A stretch of 64,000 bases of DNA. Source: Octopus sinensis (lineage: Eukaryota). Location: assembly GCF_006345805.1 (NCBI RefSeq), contig NC_043004.1, positions 47,802,001 through 47,866,000 on the forward strand, in the 5' to 3' direction. Of the stretch, positions 50,607 to 64,000 are shown one piece after another. Made by a program: the position numbers and the translations under genes. The notes beneath the pieces were generated by a model. It searched no databases. It was not told the DNA's origin and saw nothing but the letters and a program-made list of their open reading frames with translations. How positions within the stretch are numbered: position 1 is the first letter of the stretch; every line of letters begins with the position of its first letter.

Positions 50607-51625
50607 ATATATATATACTCACACATATATGTGTGTGAGTGTGTGCGCACGCGCTGTGTGTAAATACATATATATAAATTTGTATATGAATAATTACCAT
50701 GTCTCAAATGCGATTAATGACTTAAACATGAATACATCTCAACACGACGAAGTTGGTGATATCGATATTACAATCGGCGGGCAATCTCTTCTACTATATT
50801 CAAGCAATTCGTTAATAACACAGGTAAAATTAATTAAATATTGAATGTTTATTCCTGTGATGTTGATGATATGAAGCTCATCATAAGACAATATTAAAAT
50901 TTCTAAAATTCGCACCCTAAGACAATATGATACTTTTGAAAGTGTGCTCATCAATCAATTTAATGTAGGCTCTAACAAATATTTTAACAAATACATTTTA
51001 AAAGCTTTCAGTTAAATACAGATAGGAATCGTATAAAATCGACTTGAAACATGTTTGTATTTTTAGATGCAAGTAAAAGATGGATGTTATACAAGTTAGG
51101 CTAAGATTGTTAAAACCATACATTTTCGCTATAAAAATCACAGTTTTAGAAAACGGATATCAAGGCTATCCTGCAAGATCTTAGCAGAAATAAATATCAG
51201 TTTTCGGTATACTACAGGATCATAAATCAATTTCAATGACAACTTGCAGAAGAGTGAACGTATCTTGCAAGATGTAATTGCTACATACTTACGGAAGGAA
51301 TCGTGCAATAATCTACAAATTTGAATTCCTAGAAGACGCCTACAAAAGTCTTAGTGCACCTCGCTGACGCCAAAAAGAAAGAATAACGCAAAACAGTAAA
51401 CCTTCCAAAATACATTAAAAATGGAACTCCTCATGTCATCGGTATTTTGCCGAAGATATCAGAGGTGAGATAAGAATTACACAAAGGAATTCAAAATTCA
51501 ACCAGATTTACAGAGATTTGCAATGATATCTAAAAAGAGAAAGATGTTCTGAAATGTAACAACAAAAGAATCTCTCATAATATTAGCGACCAGTCTATAT
51601 ATCTCGCCATATGTGTAAGCATATA

Positions 51626-52040
51626 CTCTTTACTCTTTTACTCTTTTACTTGTTTCAGTCATTTGACTGCGGCCATGCTGGAGCACCGCCTTTAGTCTCA
51701 AATAGACCCCAGGACTTATTCTTTGTAAGCCTAGTACTTATTCTATCGGTCCCTTTTAACGAACCGCTATGTTACGGGGATGTAAACACACCACCATCGG
51801 TTGTCAATCGATGCTGGACGGACAAGCACATACACACAAACACACACACACACACACACACATACATGCACATATATATACATATATACGACGGGCTTCT
51901 TTCAGTTTCCGTCTACCAAATCCACTCACAAGGCTTTGGTCGGCCCGAGGCTATAGTAGAAGACTATAGCCTGTGGGACTGAACCCGTAACCATGTGGTT
52001 GGTAAGCAAGCTACTTACCACGCAGCCACTCCTGCGCCTA
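51626..52040 (-). mobile_element. Full-length tRNA-derived SINE; uninterrupted reference for the copy split by the LINE
   Basis: Reverse complement ggcgcaggagtggctgcgtggtaagtagcttgcttaccaaccacatgg...gtaaaagagtaaaagag. Confidence 0.9.
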
Positions 52041-52480
52041 TATACGTTCTTATTTATTTGTTTGTGTGTGTGTGTTTGTGCATTCTTTTTTGTCTTTTTG
52101 TTTGCGCATGCGTGGTAAATTAAGTCTATTATTTTGAAGCAAATTTATGATTAACAATTGAAAATGTGTTGATGGACGCGTGGTCAATATTGTCAACAGA
52201 GTCAAATTCGATAAACAGTCTGTTTCTTTGCTAGAACTTAAAAATTTGCCTGACCGCTTATCCAACAACATTGTTTAAATAAGTCACCAGGATAAATTTG
52301 AAGAACTAGATAAAATGAATTGTAATAAATGTATATGTATGTGTATGTTTGCTTGAAAAGGGAGTTTAAAACCTCCAGAACCACGCTTCTCTTAAGAATA
52401 TGTAAGCACGCCCGGAGAATATAGGGAATATACATCTCCGAAACAGTCCTCCCACTTGTAAGCTATATATAGTAAAATGA

Positions 52481-53270
52481 AGGCGACGAGTTGGCAGAAA
52501 CGTTAGCACGCCGGGCAAAATTCTTAGCGGTATTTCGTCTGTCGTTACGTTCTGAGTTCAAATTCCACCGAGGTCGATTTTGCCTTTCATCCTTTCGGGG
52601 TCAATAACTAAAGTACCAGTTTTGCACTGGGGTCGATATAAACGACTTAATCCGTCTGTCTGTCCTTGTTTGTCCTCTCTGTGTTTAGCCCCTTGTGGGT
52701 AGTAAAGAAATATGTATTTCGTCTGTCGTTACGTTCTGAGTTCAAATTCCGCCGATGTCGACTTTGCTTTTCATCCTTTCGGTGTCGATTAAATATGTAC
52801 CAGTTACGCACTGGGGTCGATATAATCGACTTAATCCGTGTGTTTGTCCTTGTTTGTCCTCTCTGTGTTTAGCCACTTGTGGGTAGTAAAGAAATAGGTA
52901 TTTCGTCTATCGTTACGTTCTGAGTTCAAATTCCGCCGATGTCGACTTTGCCTTTCATCCTTTCGGTGTCGATTAAATATTTACCAGTTACGCACTGGGG
53001 TCGATATAATCGACTTAATCCGTGTGTTTGTCCTTGTTTGTCCTCTCTGTGTTTAGCCACTTGTGGGTAGTAAAGAAATAGGTATTTCGTCTATCGTTAC
53101 GTTCTGAGTTCAAATTCCGCCGAGGTCGACTTTGCCTTTCATCATTTCGGGGTCGATTAATAAAGTACCAGCTCCGCACTGGGGCCGATGTAATCGACTT
53201 AATCCCTTTGTCTGTCCTTGTTTGTCCCCTCTATGTTTAGCCCCTCGTGGGTAGTAAAATACAAATAAAG
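52481..53270 (+). repeat. SINE head followed by 4 tandem 184-bp SINE body/tail units
   Basis: Units start (TATTTCGTCT) at 52531, 52715, 52899 and 53083. Confidence 0.92.
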
Positions 53271-53526
53271 CCATAGACATTGTGGTTTCGATTGATTTCA
53301 CCTTGTGTGTGGAACCAACACTTAAAGCTTTTCAGCCAAACTTACTCCATAAACTCTTTCAAAAAACATATTTACTACTCCGTGCGAGTTGTTCAGCTGA
53401 ACTCCCCACACGCGGCCGTCAAAGGAACGTTAGTGAGCAACTATAAATTGAAAAATTCAAATAAGTTATCATTATCTGTAAAAAAAAATTATAAAATGGT
53501 CAGCAAACATTATTAAAATAAGCAAA

Positions 53527-53529
<3 letters not shown>

Positions 53530-53563
<34 letters not shown>

Positions 53564-53647
53564 TAATAATAATAATAATAGTAATAATAATATAATAATA
53601 ATAATAATAATAATAATAGTAGTAGTAATAATAATAATATAATAATA

Positions 53648-53697
<50 letters not shown>

Positions 53698-53725
53698 TAT
53701 AGTAATAATAATAATAATAATAATA

Positions 53726-53777
<52 letters not shown>

Positions 53778-53805
53778 TAATAATAATAATAGTAATAATA
53801 ATAAT

Positions 53806-53852
<47 letters not shown>

Positions 53853-53905
53853 TTAATAATAATATTAATAATAATAATAATGATAGTAATAATAAAAATA
53901 ATAAT
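53530..53905. repeat. (AAT)n microsatellite
   Basis: Direct reading. Confidence 0.95.
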
Positions 53906-53974
53906 AAACCAGGGTACGATAAGTACCTGTTTGCTTGAAAGAAGGTTCAAAACTCTCCAAAACCACGAATCTCT

Positions 53975-54072
53975 CACTATAATCGATAAATGAAGTACCA
54001 TTTGTGTACTGGGTCGATCTAATCGACTGCCCCCCTCCCCCAAATTTCGAGCCTTGTGTCTTGAGTTGAAAA
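53975..54072 (+). mobile_element. SINE 3' fragment (alternative tail)
   Basis: agtaccatttgtgtactgggtcgatctaatcgact..cccctcccccaaatttcgagccttgtg. Confidence 0.6.
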
Positions 54073-54082
54073 GAATATGCAA

Positions 54083-54129
<47 letters not shown>

Positions 54130-54725
54130 AAGCATCACGAATAAAACCAATCTCTGTACGTTGAAGAATAAATATTTTCGTGAATAATTGCAACATATTC
54201 CACCAACAGTTTCAACAAACGCAATGTAATTGTGCTAACCAAATAAGTCCAGCCTTATTAAGAGACACAGAGCTAGACGGTTTCGAACAAAGAAAACGTA
54301 TTGAAAAACCTCACTTTGCATCTACGAGGTTTGATATTCGATTCTACCAAACAGTTCCTTCTACAAGTGTATTCTATTCGTAATGAAACAAAATTTTGAA
54401 CGAAATTTATAAGACAGGAAATGTAAGGAAGCGTGTATAAACATACATAATGGTTATTGTCTCATTAGTCAATGTTTGCCGATAGCTGGAATATCTTGTT
54501 CTTGATAAATTACCTGAAATAAATTCCACTTTGTCTAACATCGTTATATAATCTAGTTTGCTTAATTGCATTTCACACTAGTGTATGCATACATACGTAT
54601 ATATATATATGTATATATATATATATAGAGAGAGAGAGATGTATATATATATTATATATATATATATATAATATATATATTATATATATATACACGCACA
54701 CACACGCATATATTATATATATATA

Positions 54726-54767
<42 letters not shown>

Positions 54768-54776
54768 GCACACACA

Positions 54777-54811
<35 letters not shown>

Positions 54812-54812
<1 letters not shown>

Positions 54813-57200
54813 GGTAGTTCCAAAATGCATCTACCGGTTGCTCTGGGCTGCATTACCAGTGATGTTCCTCGTCCTAAGTCTTGGAGAGTTTCAGATATTG
54901 CAACGTAAGACCATCTCAGTGAGACCCAGCCAGTGTTAATCAAGTCCTAGCCAGCATTCCAGCAAGCTCGAACTAGGAGGTGGAATATATTGATCTCCTC
55001 TTTGCTTCACGAATACCTCCAAACCAAGTCAGAGTTTTCTAAGTGAAGCCCCTACAAAACCTCGACAGACTGCATCAATTGCCTTGGATCCTGCTTGCCA
55101 CCCCTGGATTCTACACCAGTTCCTGATATTCGGTAAACTTTCTCTCGTGAGCTTTTTCCTGCTCACACATGATCATGTGTTTTGTGTAATTTGAGAAGAT
55201 AGTTTTATCTTATTGGATTATCTGGGTATGATGTTCTCTTGAAACTTTGAATGGTTGAAGACCTTGCTTCAACTACTAGTCTCAGGCTGTGGAAACTAAT
55301 CATAGTGGCTGATAATTCAGTGAACAAAGCTTCTCTCTAGTTTTGAGAAAAGCGGTGGCTTCCATCCTGGGGTAGTGTGTACTGGGCAGAATGGTTGTCA
55401 TTATTACCTCCGCAATGGTCTTACGCACCTGATCATATCCGCAGTGGTCGCAATCATCGGCTCCGCCTCTGGGCCTACTGTTGAGGAAATGTTGAAGAAA
55501 CACTCTTTCAGTACGTAAAGGATAGGAAGATGTTTCTTTCTTGTCCCATGCCGGAATGGTTGTCGAATTTGGTAAGATGTCATACAAAGCCTAATTCAAG
55601 AATTTGATGAGATAAACGTCATCCTCCCACTGACCAGACCAAGAAATATTTTGCTCTTATAAGTTGACCCAACTTGTCTAGAATCATTTTTGTATAAGTC
55701 CCATAAATGTGCCAGCCCATGCTTCCTCTAAACCTAGACGAATTTCTGGGCAGAAATGCTATTGCACACGGCATCACAAAGTGTTCTGAGCGGCCGCTAA
55801 AGAGAAGTGGTGGATTATTGATGGATCGCTGCTCGTTAGCTTCTTACTAAGCCAAACTACCTCTTTAAAGAACTGCTGATCTTGAAATACCAACACCACG
55901 TAGAAACACAGGGCCCAAGAGCCTTATAGCATAGTATGAGTGTATAGCCGGCTTTGGAGTGATGAAGTAATCGGTTAAACTATTTAACCTTTCTAAATTA
56001 GTTCTAAAGTCTCCGATAGTTCTCTGAATTTCAACCGTGTTTTTAAGGGTATCGTCAATGAGTTTCCCAAAACTCTTGACTAGTTCTCTTGTCAATTTTG
56101 GGATCTCAGTTTCAGATAAGATGAAGCGGGATTTTTCTACCTTGCAAGCTGTCAATGATTTCTGTATAATCTTGTTCTGCTGATTCCCCATGTCCATTGC
56201 AGGGAAAACATATTATCCAAAAAGGGCAACCAGTTATAATTTGTTTCGTTAATCTGTATCCCTCCCATGTTGTGGATCCAGAAGTAGCTCACAAACAGAA
56301 GCCGCAATAATAATCCAGATTAGGGTCTTTGATCTTGTTGAGAGCATTATATCTTCAAAGAGCTTCCTGCACCTGCTTGTGTAGAAAAGTAGGCGTTTGC
56401 GAGGTCCAACCACGGAACCATTGGATATAACTTGTTTTTCTTTACTTCTTTAAAGAATGCTATGGCTATGCTTTATACAGCCAGGTGCTTCAGTGATCAT
56501 GCCGTTCCCAACAAGTATATTAATATACTCATTTCCAGGTGGAACTTTGTGAACGGTCAGGACAAAATACTGAAAATAAAAATATTTTCTTCAGTGCTTG
56601 AATGGTGAGATGATCTTGAAATGCTTGGACCACTGACAATTTTATTCCTTAGGGATCGGAATAACTCAGCACACGTCCCTTGATTGGCAATCCTTCTTCA
56701 GCGCTAGATTACTTTCAGTATCTTTCAATGGTCCTGAAAGTGTGCCGAACAACGCTTATAAATACTGCACGATACATTGTTGGGCTCTGAGGCAGAGGCT
56801 GATCTTGCTGCTTTAACACCTTTTTGAACTTCCCTCCCGATCGATTCACTCCAGCTTGGTTCACTCATGTCAAACGTAGTCAAGGTGGGTACTGAGATTT
56901 TCAAGATTTTCTTGTCACTAAGTCCCTACTCTCTTGCAGACACATTAAGGGTGTTGCGAAGAATGGCATTTAATTCATCCGCTGAACACTCGTGGTAGCT
57001 GCTTTCTATCCAAACAGGCAGCGGATTAGTAAAGCCCAAATGGCTGGAAACAAAATTTGTAAACTTATACACCTTTACTCTTTGTATTTTGCGTTATTCT
57101 GATCTAGCAAGATTGATTGGTTCTTTCCTGATGACATCTTGCAGCTTTACCAGGCGTTGCGTTTCCCTTCACTAGCCTCTTACTAGCTCACTGAGAGTGC
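54812..57200 (-). pseudogene. Heavily decayed HERO-like non-LTR retrotransposon (RT, zinc knuckle, RLE)
   Basis: WLDLANAY (56389-56412), APGCIKH, VKSFGKLIDDTLK, HFLNSRP..DQVRKTIAEVI, AHERKFTEYQELV, GWQA and RGFVGASL. Confidence 0.8.
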
Positions 57201-57207
57201 CCAATGA

Positions 57208-58075
57208 GGCTCAGATACCTCGTATAGAAAAGACGGGGCAAGGCCGGCAGTGGGAATACCACCTCGGTTTTGTATAAAGGGCTGGTAGAACATAAAAACG
57301 ACAACGCCCTAGACGGGGGTCTGGGGCTCGATGAGAACCAAATTGCCAACCTGTTTCGAAAAATTTGCGAGCCAGGGTATTGGGATAATTACCAAAAATC
57401 TCTGACCTGGAACGCTTTACCTGTTCGCAATAAGTTATTCAGGCACGGAATGTCAGTACCAACGACATGTCCAAGATGTGGGCTGGACGATGAAACCGTC
57501 CAGCACACTTTTGTACATTGTCGGGAGCTGTCGAACACGCGTTGTCGCCTCTGGGAAGAGTGCAGCTATCGGCTGAATCTATAATAATGATTGTACCGCC
57601 AACTGAACTCTGGAAGGAAGGTGAAGTATATTTTCTCTGTACAGTTGCTGTGCTGAAAGCATGTGTGTGGAATACTATAATGCAAGGACCCGTGACGGGA
57701 TCCTTCATCCTTGCCCCTCGTTTGCTACAATACTTCAGATATCATCTGAAGAGCAAGATAGGGCTGGAGAAGAGAATCCTGTCGTGAAATGTGTTTGAGG
57801 AATGATGGAAGGCTGTGTTAAGAAAGGTGGGTGCTAGTAACCCTACTTAACCTACATTGGGAGAAAAAAGGTAGGGGTAGCCGCTGGGCTTTTTAGGCAA
57901 CCAGGTATAATCTCCTCTCCAAAAAGAAAAAAAATGACTATATAATATAAAAAGCATTTGTTCATTGACATTTTTAAATAGGTTTCATTCGAACTCGCAT
58001 TGACTTTATTTGTATGTATTGTCCTGTGCTGTATCATCTATATGTCACATTATTGTCTTAATAAAAAAAATTCAT
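57208..58075 (+). pseudogene. 5'-truncated Tx1-like LINE 3' fragment with poly(A)
   Basis: DNYQKSLTWNALPVRNKLFRHGMSVPTTCPRCGLDDETVQHTFVHC and RVQLSAESI match ORF2 at 12800-13050. Ends AATAAAAAAAA. Confidence 0.88.
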
Positions 58076-58296
58076 TTAAAAAGCCATGCTACTCCAGATT
58101 GTGGCCGAGCAATGACTCTGAATCTAGTCTCTGATGCTGGCTTTCCTGGGTGGAGGTGCTTATCTCACCTTTCAAAACATAAGGACACAAAAAATGTGTC
58201 ATGGCCAACTGGGAACGGTGTTTCCTAGGGCTAAATAACAGTAGCATTCTTCCCTTTCATGGGACTGCCACATTAAGCTGGCAACATACCATCACT

Positions 58297-58519
<223 letters not shown>

Positions 58520-58817
58520 TGTTTCTTTATTAGCCACACAGGGCTGCACACAGATAGAACAAATTACAAGGTAGAGCTTTTCTTTTGAAGGTTTAAAAAA
58601 AAAAGGGGGAGAGGAAAAAAAATTGATCAATAGGGATCGTTATCACAGAAATGTCAATATGAAGTGTAAAGGGGAGGACAGGTGAGGTTTACCCGTGGAA
58701 AGAAAAGCCTACGGAAAAGACCACGGTAACCTCGGGCAATGAAGTCACATTTTATATTTCTTTTTTTTTTTTTTTTTTTTTTGCAAATAAGCAACTCTCT
58801 GTTTTCGATTTCTGGGT

Positions 58818-61800
58818 TCATAGGACTATGCTCAAGGTGGCTTCGTCATTCATACGTGCCATTCTTGCTACATTCACCCATCTTTTTTTAAAACATTCGC
58901 TAGACAAAACTTGCCTCTCTACTCTCACTTTCCTTTTCAAGTGGTACTTGAAGAAGTTGATGAGAGATTGACCAGAGAGGAAAGTGTTTGTCTCCAATCC
59001 TTTCAGACGCGTCCACCAGATACATTCTTTCGCCATAGCCACAAGGATGATGAAAATAGCTCTTCCTTCCCGTTTGAAGGAAGGAGGCGTGACAATATTG
59101 ACGATAGACTCAGCTGATAAACCGACTCGTCCCACACGTGACAGCAGTTGTTCGACATAAGCCCACAGGTCGGAAATTGTTGGACACTGAACGAGTGCGT
59201 GCAGAACGGTTTCGTCGCTCTGACCGCATCTCGGGCAGGTCGGCCCCGTGTTTCTCGAGCCGTGTCTGTAGAGCTTATCCCGAACGGGTAGCGCTTCTCG
59301 GTAGCACTGCCAGGCCAGGGATCTCTGGAAGTTGTCCATGGGCCCTGGCCCGAAAGTCGTCCCGAACAGGCGGGTCAGGTACTCCTCGTCGACGTCCAGG
59401 TTCGCCCCGAGCTCGTCGTCGTACCTCCCCTCCACTAAACCCCTATAGAATGCTTTGGTTGTGTTGAAGTCACTTAAGGTCGACCCAGGACGGCAGAGTT
59501 GCTTGAGAGCAACGCGACACTCGCGGTGCCATTCGCCCTTCCTCGGCCTCTTTTTGATCCACGACTGCAGTTCGGTCATGGAGACGAGCTGCGGGAAAGC
59601 GTGCCTCACAAACGGCGACCACACCTGTTCACCGTCGTCTACATAGAGCCAGAGATGTCGCAGTCTCAGCGCGTGTCTGCGCATCATCAACCACGGCATG
59701 CCCAGCCCTCCTTTTAACGGGTGTTGACAGCAAATGGATCGCCTGACCATCGGGACGCATCCTTTCCACAAAAGCGAAAGAGGATGCGTTGTAGTTTGGT
59801 GATGGTAGGGTCGGGACAAGGTACGACGGTCAGGCGGTAGTAGATGACGGACGCGATGTACGTGTTCGCCACCTCCGCTCGACCTTTTAGGGACAGTTTC
59901 CTCTCGGCCCATTGCCGGGCGAGGGTGACCACCCTACTCGTTATCTCGTTCCAGTTCTTCTCCACTTGGAGGTCCGGACCGAACCAGACCCCGAGCAACT
60001 CAACCGGGCCGTCGGTCCAGCGTCCCACGACGGAGGCGCTGGTGGACGGCATGGGCTTGCTTCTCCAGGTGCCTAGTCGCAAGCCCACTGACTTTTCCCG
60101 GTTGATTTTCGCTCCTGTCACCGCTTCGTAGTTTTTCAGTGTCTCGCCGACCAGCTCGATGTCTCGTGGCTAGACACTATGACGGTGACGTCGTCCGCGT
60201 ATGCAGACACGCTCGTCCCGCATCCCAATTCTCGCGGGATGCCCCTTAGAGTCGCCAGCTTCCGCAGTAGTGGCTCAAGAGTCAATACGTATAGAAGCGC
60301 CGAGAGGGGGCATCCCTGACGGACCGAACGTGCAATGTCGAAAGGTCTCGATAGATGTCCATTTACGCGAATTACCGAACGGATGCCTCTGTACAAGGCA
60401 GCTATCCAGCCGCGGAAGACGGGACCGAAACCAGCCGCTCTCAGGACTGCCTCCAAGTATCGATGGTCTACCCTATCAAAGGCTTTCGATTGATCCAAGT
60501 TGATCAGGGCCCCACCCATGCCAGGTTCGTTAACTACCCTGTCTATGATGTAGCGCATCAGATGGAGGTTGTCATGGATGGTCCGGCCTGGCACGGCGCA
60601 TGTTTGCGCCTTGTCGACCAGTTTCTCGATGACAAGCGCCAACCTCTTGGCTAGCACCTTGGCCAAAATTTTCAAGTCTGCATTAAGCAGAGTGATGGGC
60701 CTAAAGTTATCTATTACATTTCCCTTGTTTAGATCTTTCTTCAGCAGTGTTACGGCTCCTCGGCTCACAAAACCAGGAATGCTCCCGTTTTGCTGCCAGT
60801 TGCAGTACACCGCCGCCAAGAGATCTCCAAACAAGTCTGGCATACAATTGTAAAGCTCGTAGGGTAGACCATCCAAACCCGGTGATTTGTCCCTCGAGCA
60901 TTCTGCCATCGCTTCCCGCACTTCCACCGCCGTGATGGCACCTTCGCAGCACCCTGCCTTTCTTGTCGAGAGTCGTGGTAGGCTATGTAGGTAGGCACTG
61001 AAGTCCACCCTACGTTCTTGCCCTCCACTCGTTCCGAACAGTCGGGCAAAATGCTGCTGAAAGGCCTCACACATTTTACTTGGCTCGAGCAATTCGCGCC
61101 CCTGTTCATCTACCAGTGACCGAATGGTGGCTTTGTTGCCCTGTTGCGCCTCTGCCACCCGGCCTCTCTCGCGGCTCCAACACCTTCGTTCCTTAGAGCA
61201 CGCATCCTAGCTCTGACAGCACATCCTTCGTGTTTGGCGTTGAAGTGTTGGTCGAGGGCCAACCTCGCCGCCAAAACGTCGGATGCGATGCCGCTTCTAA
61301 TTGCCTCTTCTAGCTTCTTAACTAGCTCACCCTCTACTCTATTTCTATCTATGGCTAGTGCTTTGCTGTACCTAATCGCTTCTGCTTTTACTGCTCTCTT
61401 GAGGGCAAACCACCATTTGTTGTTGATGATGGCTCCCGTCAAAGCCCTCTTTACTAGTGTGCTAATCCGGTCTCTGAAAACTTGTCTCGATGGGAAAGAC
61501 GCGTTTAGTTTCCAGTATCCGGGACCCTGCCTAAGTGTCTTACCTAAGTCTAGCGTACATGTCACAAGTTTGTGATCCGTGTAGCTGACTATGTGGAATT
61601 GTGGACATCCTATGCTATCTCTATCTACATCTACTGTCCTACACAGTATCCTATCTAGATACGATCTCGACGACCCGATGCGGTTGCTCCATGTCCACGT
61701 TGGCGCATTCGGGTGGTCTAGTCGGAACCTGTCAGACAGTTGAAAGCGTCTGAGCAGGTCTCTGAGGCATTTGCATCCCCGTCTATTCCTATCTCTACCC

Positions 61801-62257
61801 ACGTAGTCTACATGCGTGTCCAAGGTAGCATTCCAATCCCCCACTAAGAGTAAAGGACGAGACGTTCCCAAGAAACTTCTAGACGTTGAAAGAAATCCGC
61901 CCGACCTGTTAAGGGCGGTGCGTAAACTGATACGAGTCGAAAAGCGCACCCATTGCTGCCGTCGACATCCAGGACGACCAGTCTACCCTCCGGGTCTACG
62001 AATATTGTCCTTACATTGAGATCCAGACTCTTGTGAAAAAGTACCGCGGTGCCACTACCGCCCATTCTCGGCAGACAGGGGGAAAAATAAATGTTGAACT
62101 GTCCGCCAAACATGGTCTTTAGGGCCCGCGGATTGTGGAGTCTGGTCTCGCTTATGGCTATGATTTCTAACTTATGTGACTTTATGTCATTTAAGAGGTA
62201 CCCTTGTTTCCAAGGGGACCCCAAGCCACGCGCATTTACACAACCAATCTTGATCAT
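58818..62257 (-). pseudogene. LINE ORF2 (APE, RT, CCHC) split by about 4-5 frameshifts
   Basis: GCVNARGL, SETRL, GDWNA, SYLDRI, TDHKLV; KSPGLDG, FRPITLLN, LDQSKAFDRV, RQGCPLS, YADD; TCPRCGQSDETVLHALVQC. Confidence 0.92.
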
Positions 62258-62288
62258 AGTTCTAATGAATTAGAATACAGAGGGTTAC

Positions 62289-64000
62289 TTACTGCTCGAA
62301 AGTTTTTGCTTTCTCCTCCGTTGGTTTGTCCTCGAGAAGATCCCAGTACAGTTTTTTTGTGAGATATTTTTGGCATTTACCAACCGCACTGGGGAAAATG
62401 CCTTTGAGTGTGTGGTGCAGACTTTTGGAGATGTGTAATATTTTGATGTGGTCTGGTGGTGTTGTGTATGGGTGATTGTTTGTTTTTATGTCATCTTCTG
62501 TTATGTTTGTTTTTGATTGGATGTATTCCATCAAATTTGTGTTTTGGTGTCTATGGCTGTGAGCATGTTTGCTGTATATGTTTTTGTGGTGTTGGTGTGG
62601 CTGTTGTTTGCGTTGGGTTTTGAAATGTCTTCGGGAGATGTATTTCCCCCTGCTTTGTTCGTGTTTGCATTTGGTTTGGTTCGTTTCTGCTCTTTATTTT
62701 CTTCCTTCTTTTTGTAGCTATTTGCCATTCCTCACTGGTTTCGTCTTCCGACGAAATTTCTGAGGAATCAGAAGGGGGTAGGGGTATGTTGTGGGCTTCT
62801 ATGTATGTCTGTGTAAGTGGTTGTGTTGTTGTTTTCGTTGTTGTTGGTTGTTGAGTGTTTGTGTGTGTTGAGTGCGGTATAAGGGATGGGGGATCAGTTT
62901 GTGTGTGTTTTCTTTGTTTTTCTGTTCCTTTGGGTTTTGCTGTTGATGGTGGTGTTGGTATTTTTTCAGGTGTCGAGTGGTTTTTGGTTGATGACGGATT
63001 AGATTGGTGTGCTTCTCTTGTCGTCTTCTGTGTTGATGGTGGTGTGGGTAGTAGAGCTTTTTTTCCGGAGTGCTTTGGTTGTGGTAGTGGTTGTTGTTGT
63101 TGCTCTTGGTGTGCAGTGGTTGGGCACGTCTTTTTCAAGTGTGTTTCGCTTCCACACAAATAGCAGCGTGGTCGCCTGCCCTCTACCACTATATAGAGTT
63201 TGTAGCCTCCTGGCAGTTCTATAGCGGTGGGTATCTTCTCTCTTGCTGCTTCATCCAATTGAAGCAGGAATTCGATTGATTTGCCCACATAGTCCTTTCT
63301 CTCCTAGAACCGCGATTTCCAGGATGTTTGTCTCTGACATTGTCTCTGACATTTCAAAGCAGATGGCAGAGACCAACCATTGTGTTTCGACATCAAATGG
63401 TATGTTTTTTATTTGGACTTTCGTGACCCTTTTGTTTAAATAGGCTGGTATCATTACCAAGTCGTCTGAATGCAGCTCCAATGTGGAAAAACGTTTTGCT
63501 AAACTTTCGTTGAGGAAACGTACTTGGACTGTACCATTTTTGTTTCCCAAACTGATATATTCCTTGGAGTCCCATACAGGACGAAGGCATTTATCGATTT
63601 TTTCCTGCGGTGCATTTTCTGTTCTTCTTGTTTTTTTGTTTATTATTACTTTATAAATTATTTTTTTTGTGTGTGTTTTCCACGATGTGTTGTGGAATAT
63701 GAAGGTGGAATTTGTCTCCTTCTTTGGAGAAGAGTGCCTTTGTGCGGTTTATCTCTTGTGTGGTGAATGTTACAATTGTTCTTTTTTGTTTTGTTACGTC
63801 CGCAAAATTCGTTTTGAATTTGGCAGTAGAAGTGTTAATTGTGGCAGTGTTAATTGAAGTCATGGTAGTGGTGTTGGTGTTGGCGGTATTAGCAGCAGAA
63901 AGCTTGGATGTAGCATTTGACGTCGTAGTAGTGGTGTTGGTGTTGGCGGTGTTGTCTTTGGTAGGCGGCTTTGTGCCAATTTCGTTGTTGTTGTTGTTGG
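62289..64000 (-). pseudogene. LINE ORF1 (CCHC knuckle CYLCGSETHLKKTC), frameshifted, start outside the window
   Basis: VEGRRPRCYLCGSETHLKKTCP; NGTVQVRF and RVTKVQIKNIP correspond to YGTVDVRF and RTSRVRIVEAP of the first ORF1. Confidence 0.85.

Larger units (their letters stand above)
58520..64000 (-). mobile_element. Second Tx1-like LINE; 5' end lies outside the window
   Basis: Frameshifted ORF1 and ORF2, and a 3'UTR ending AATAAAGAAACAT-(ATCT)n. Confidence 0.92.

Noticed and set aside
52531-53270. Regular tandem array resembling a CRISPR
   Set aside because: Units are 184-bp near-identical SINE bodies with no unique spacers, there are no cas genes, and the context is eukaryotic.

Overview
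AT-rich, microsatellite-dense eukaryotic DNA. The repeat complement looks like an octopod/coleoid cephalopod, but this is inferred from repeat types, not confirmed. No host protein-coding gene can be supported, so the window is probably intergenic or intronic. Mobile elements: (1) a nearly full-length Tx1-like (L1 clade) LINE on + at ~8089-13531, with zinc-knuckle ORF1 and APE-RT-CCHC ORF2, inserted with a ~15-bp target-site duplication into the tRNA-derived head of a SINE; (2) a second Tx1-like LINE on - from 58520 past the window end, abutting an (AGAT)n tract; (3) three more Tx1 fragments; (4) decayed RLE-type LINEs (two Dong/R4-like, two HERO-like); (5) a deleted mariner, several MITE/foldback elements and a DINE-1/HINE-like element; (6) about 15 tRNA-derived SINE copies with modular tails. 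Most notable: a ~980-bp non-coding, (TA)n-flanked Penelope-like element (44386-45365) carries two intact type I hammerhead ribozymes, one per strand, in 284-bp inverted repeats, and further hammerhead-like relics are scattered through the window. Also notable is a SINE family whose 3' tail matches the Tx1 LINE 3' end (25/26 nt plus a conserved stem-loop) and which forms a 4 x 184-bp tandem array. All alignments and folds were done by eye.
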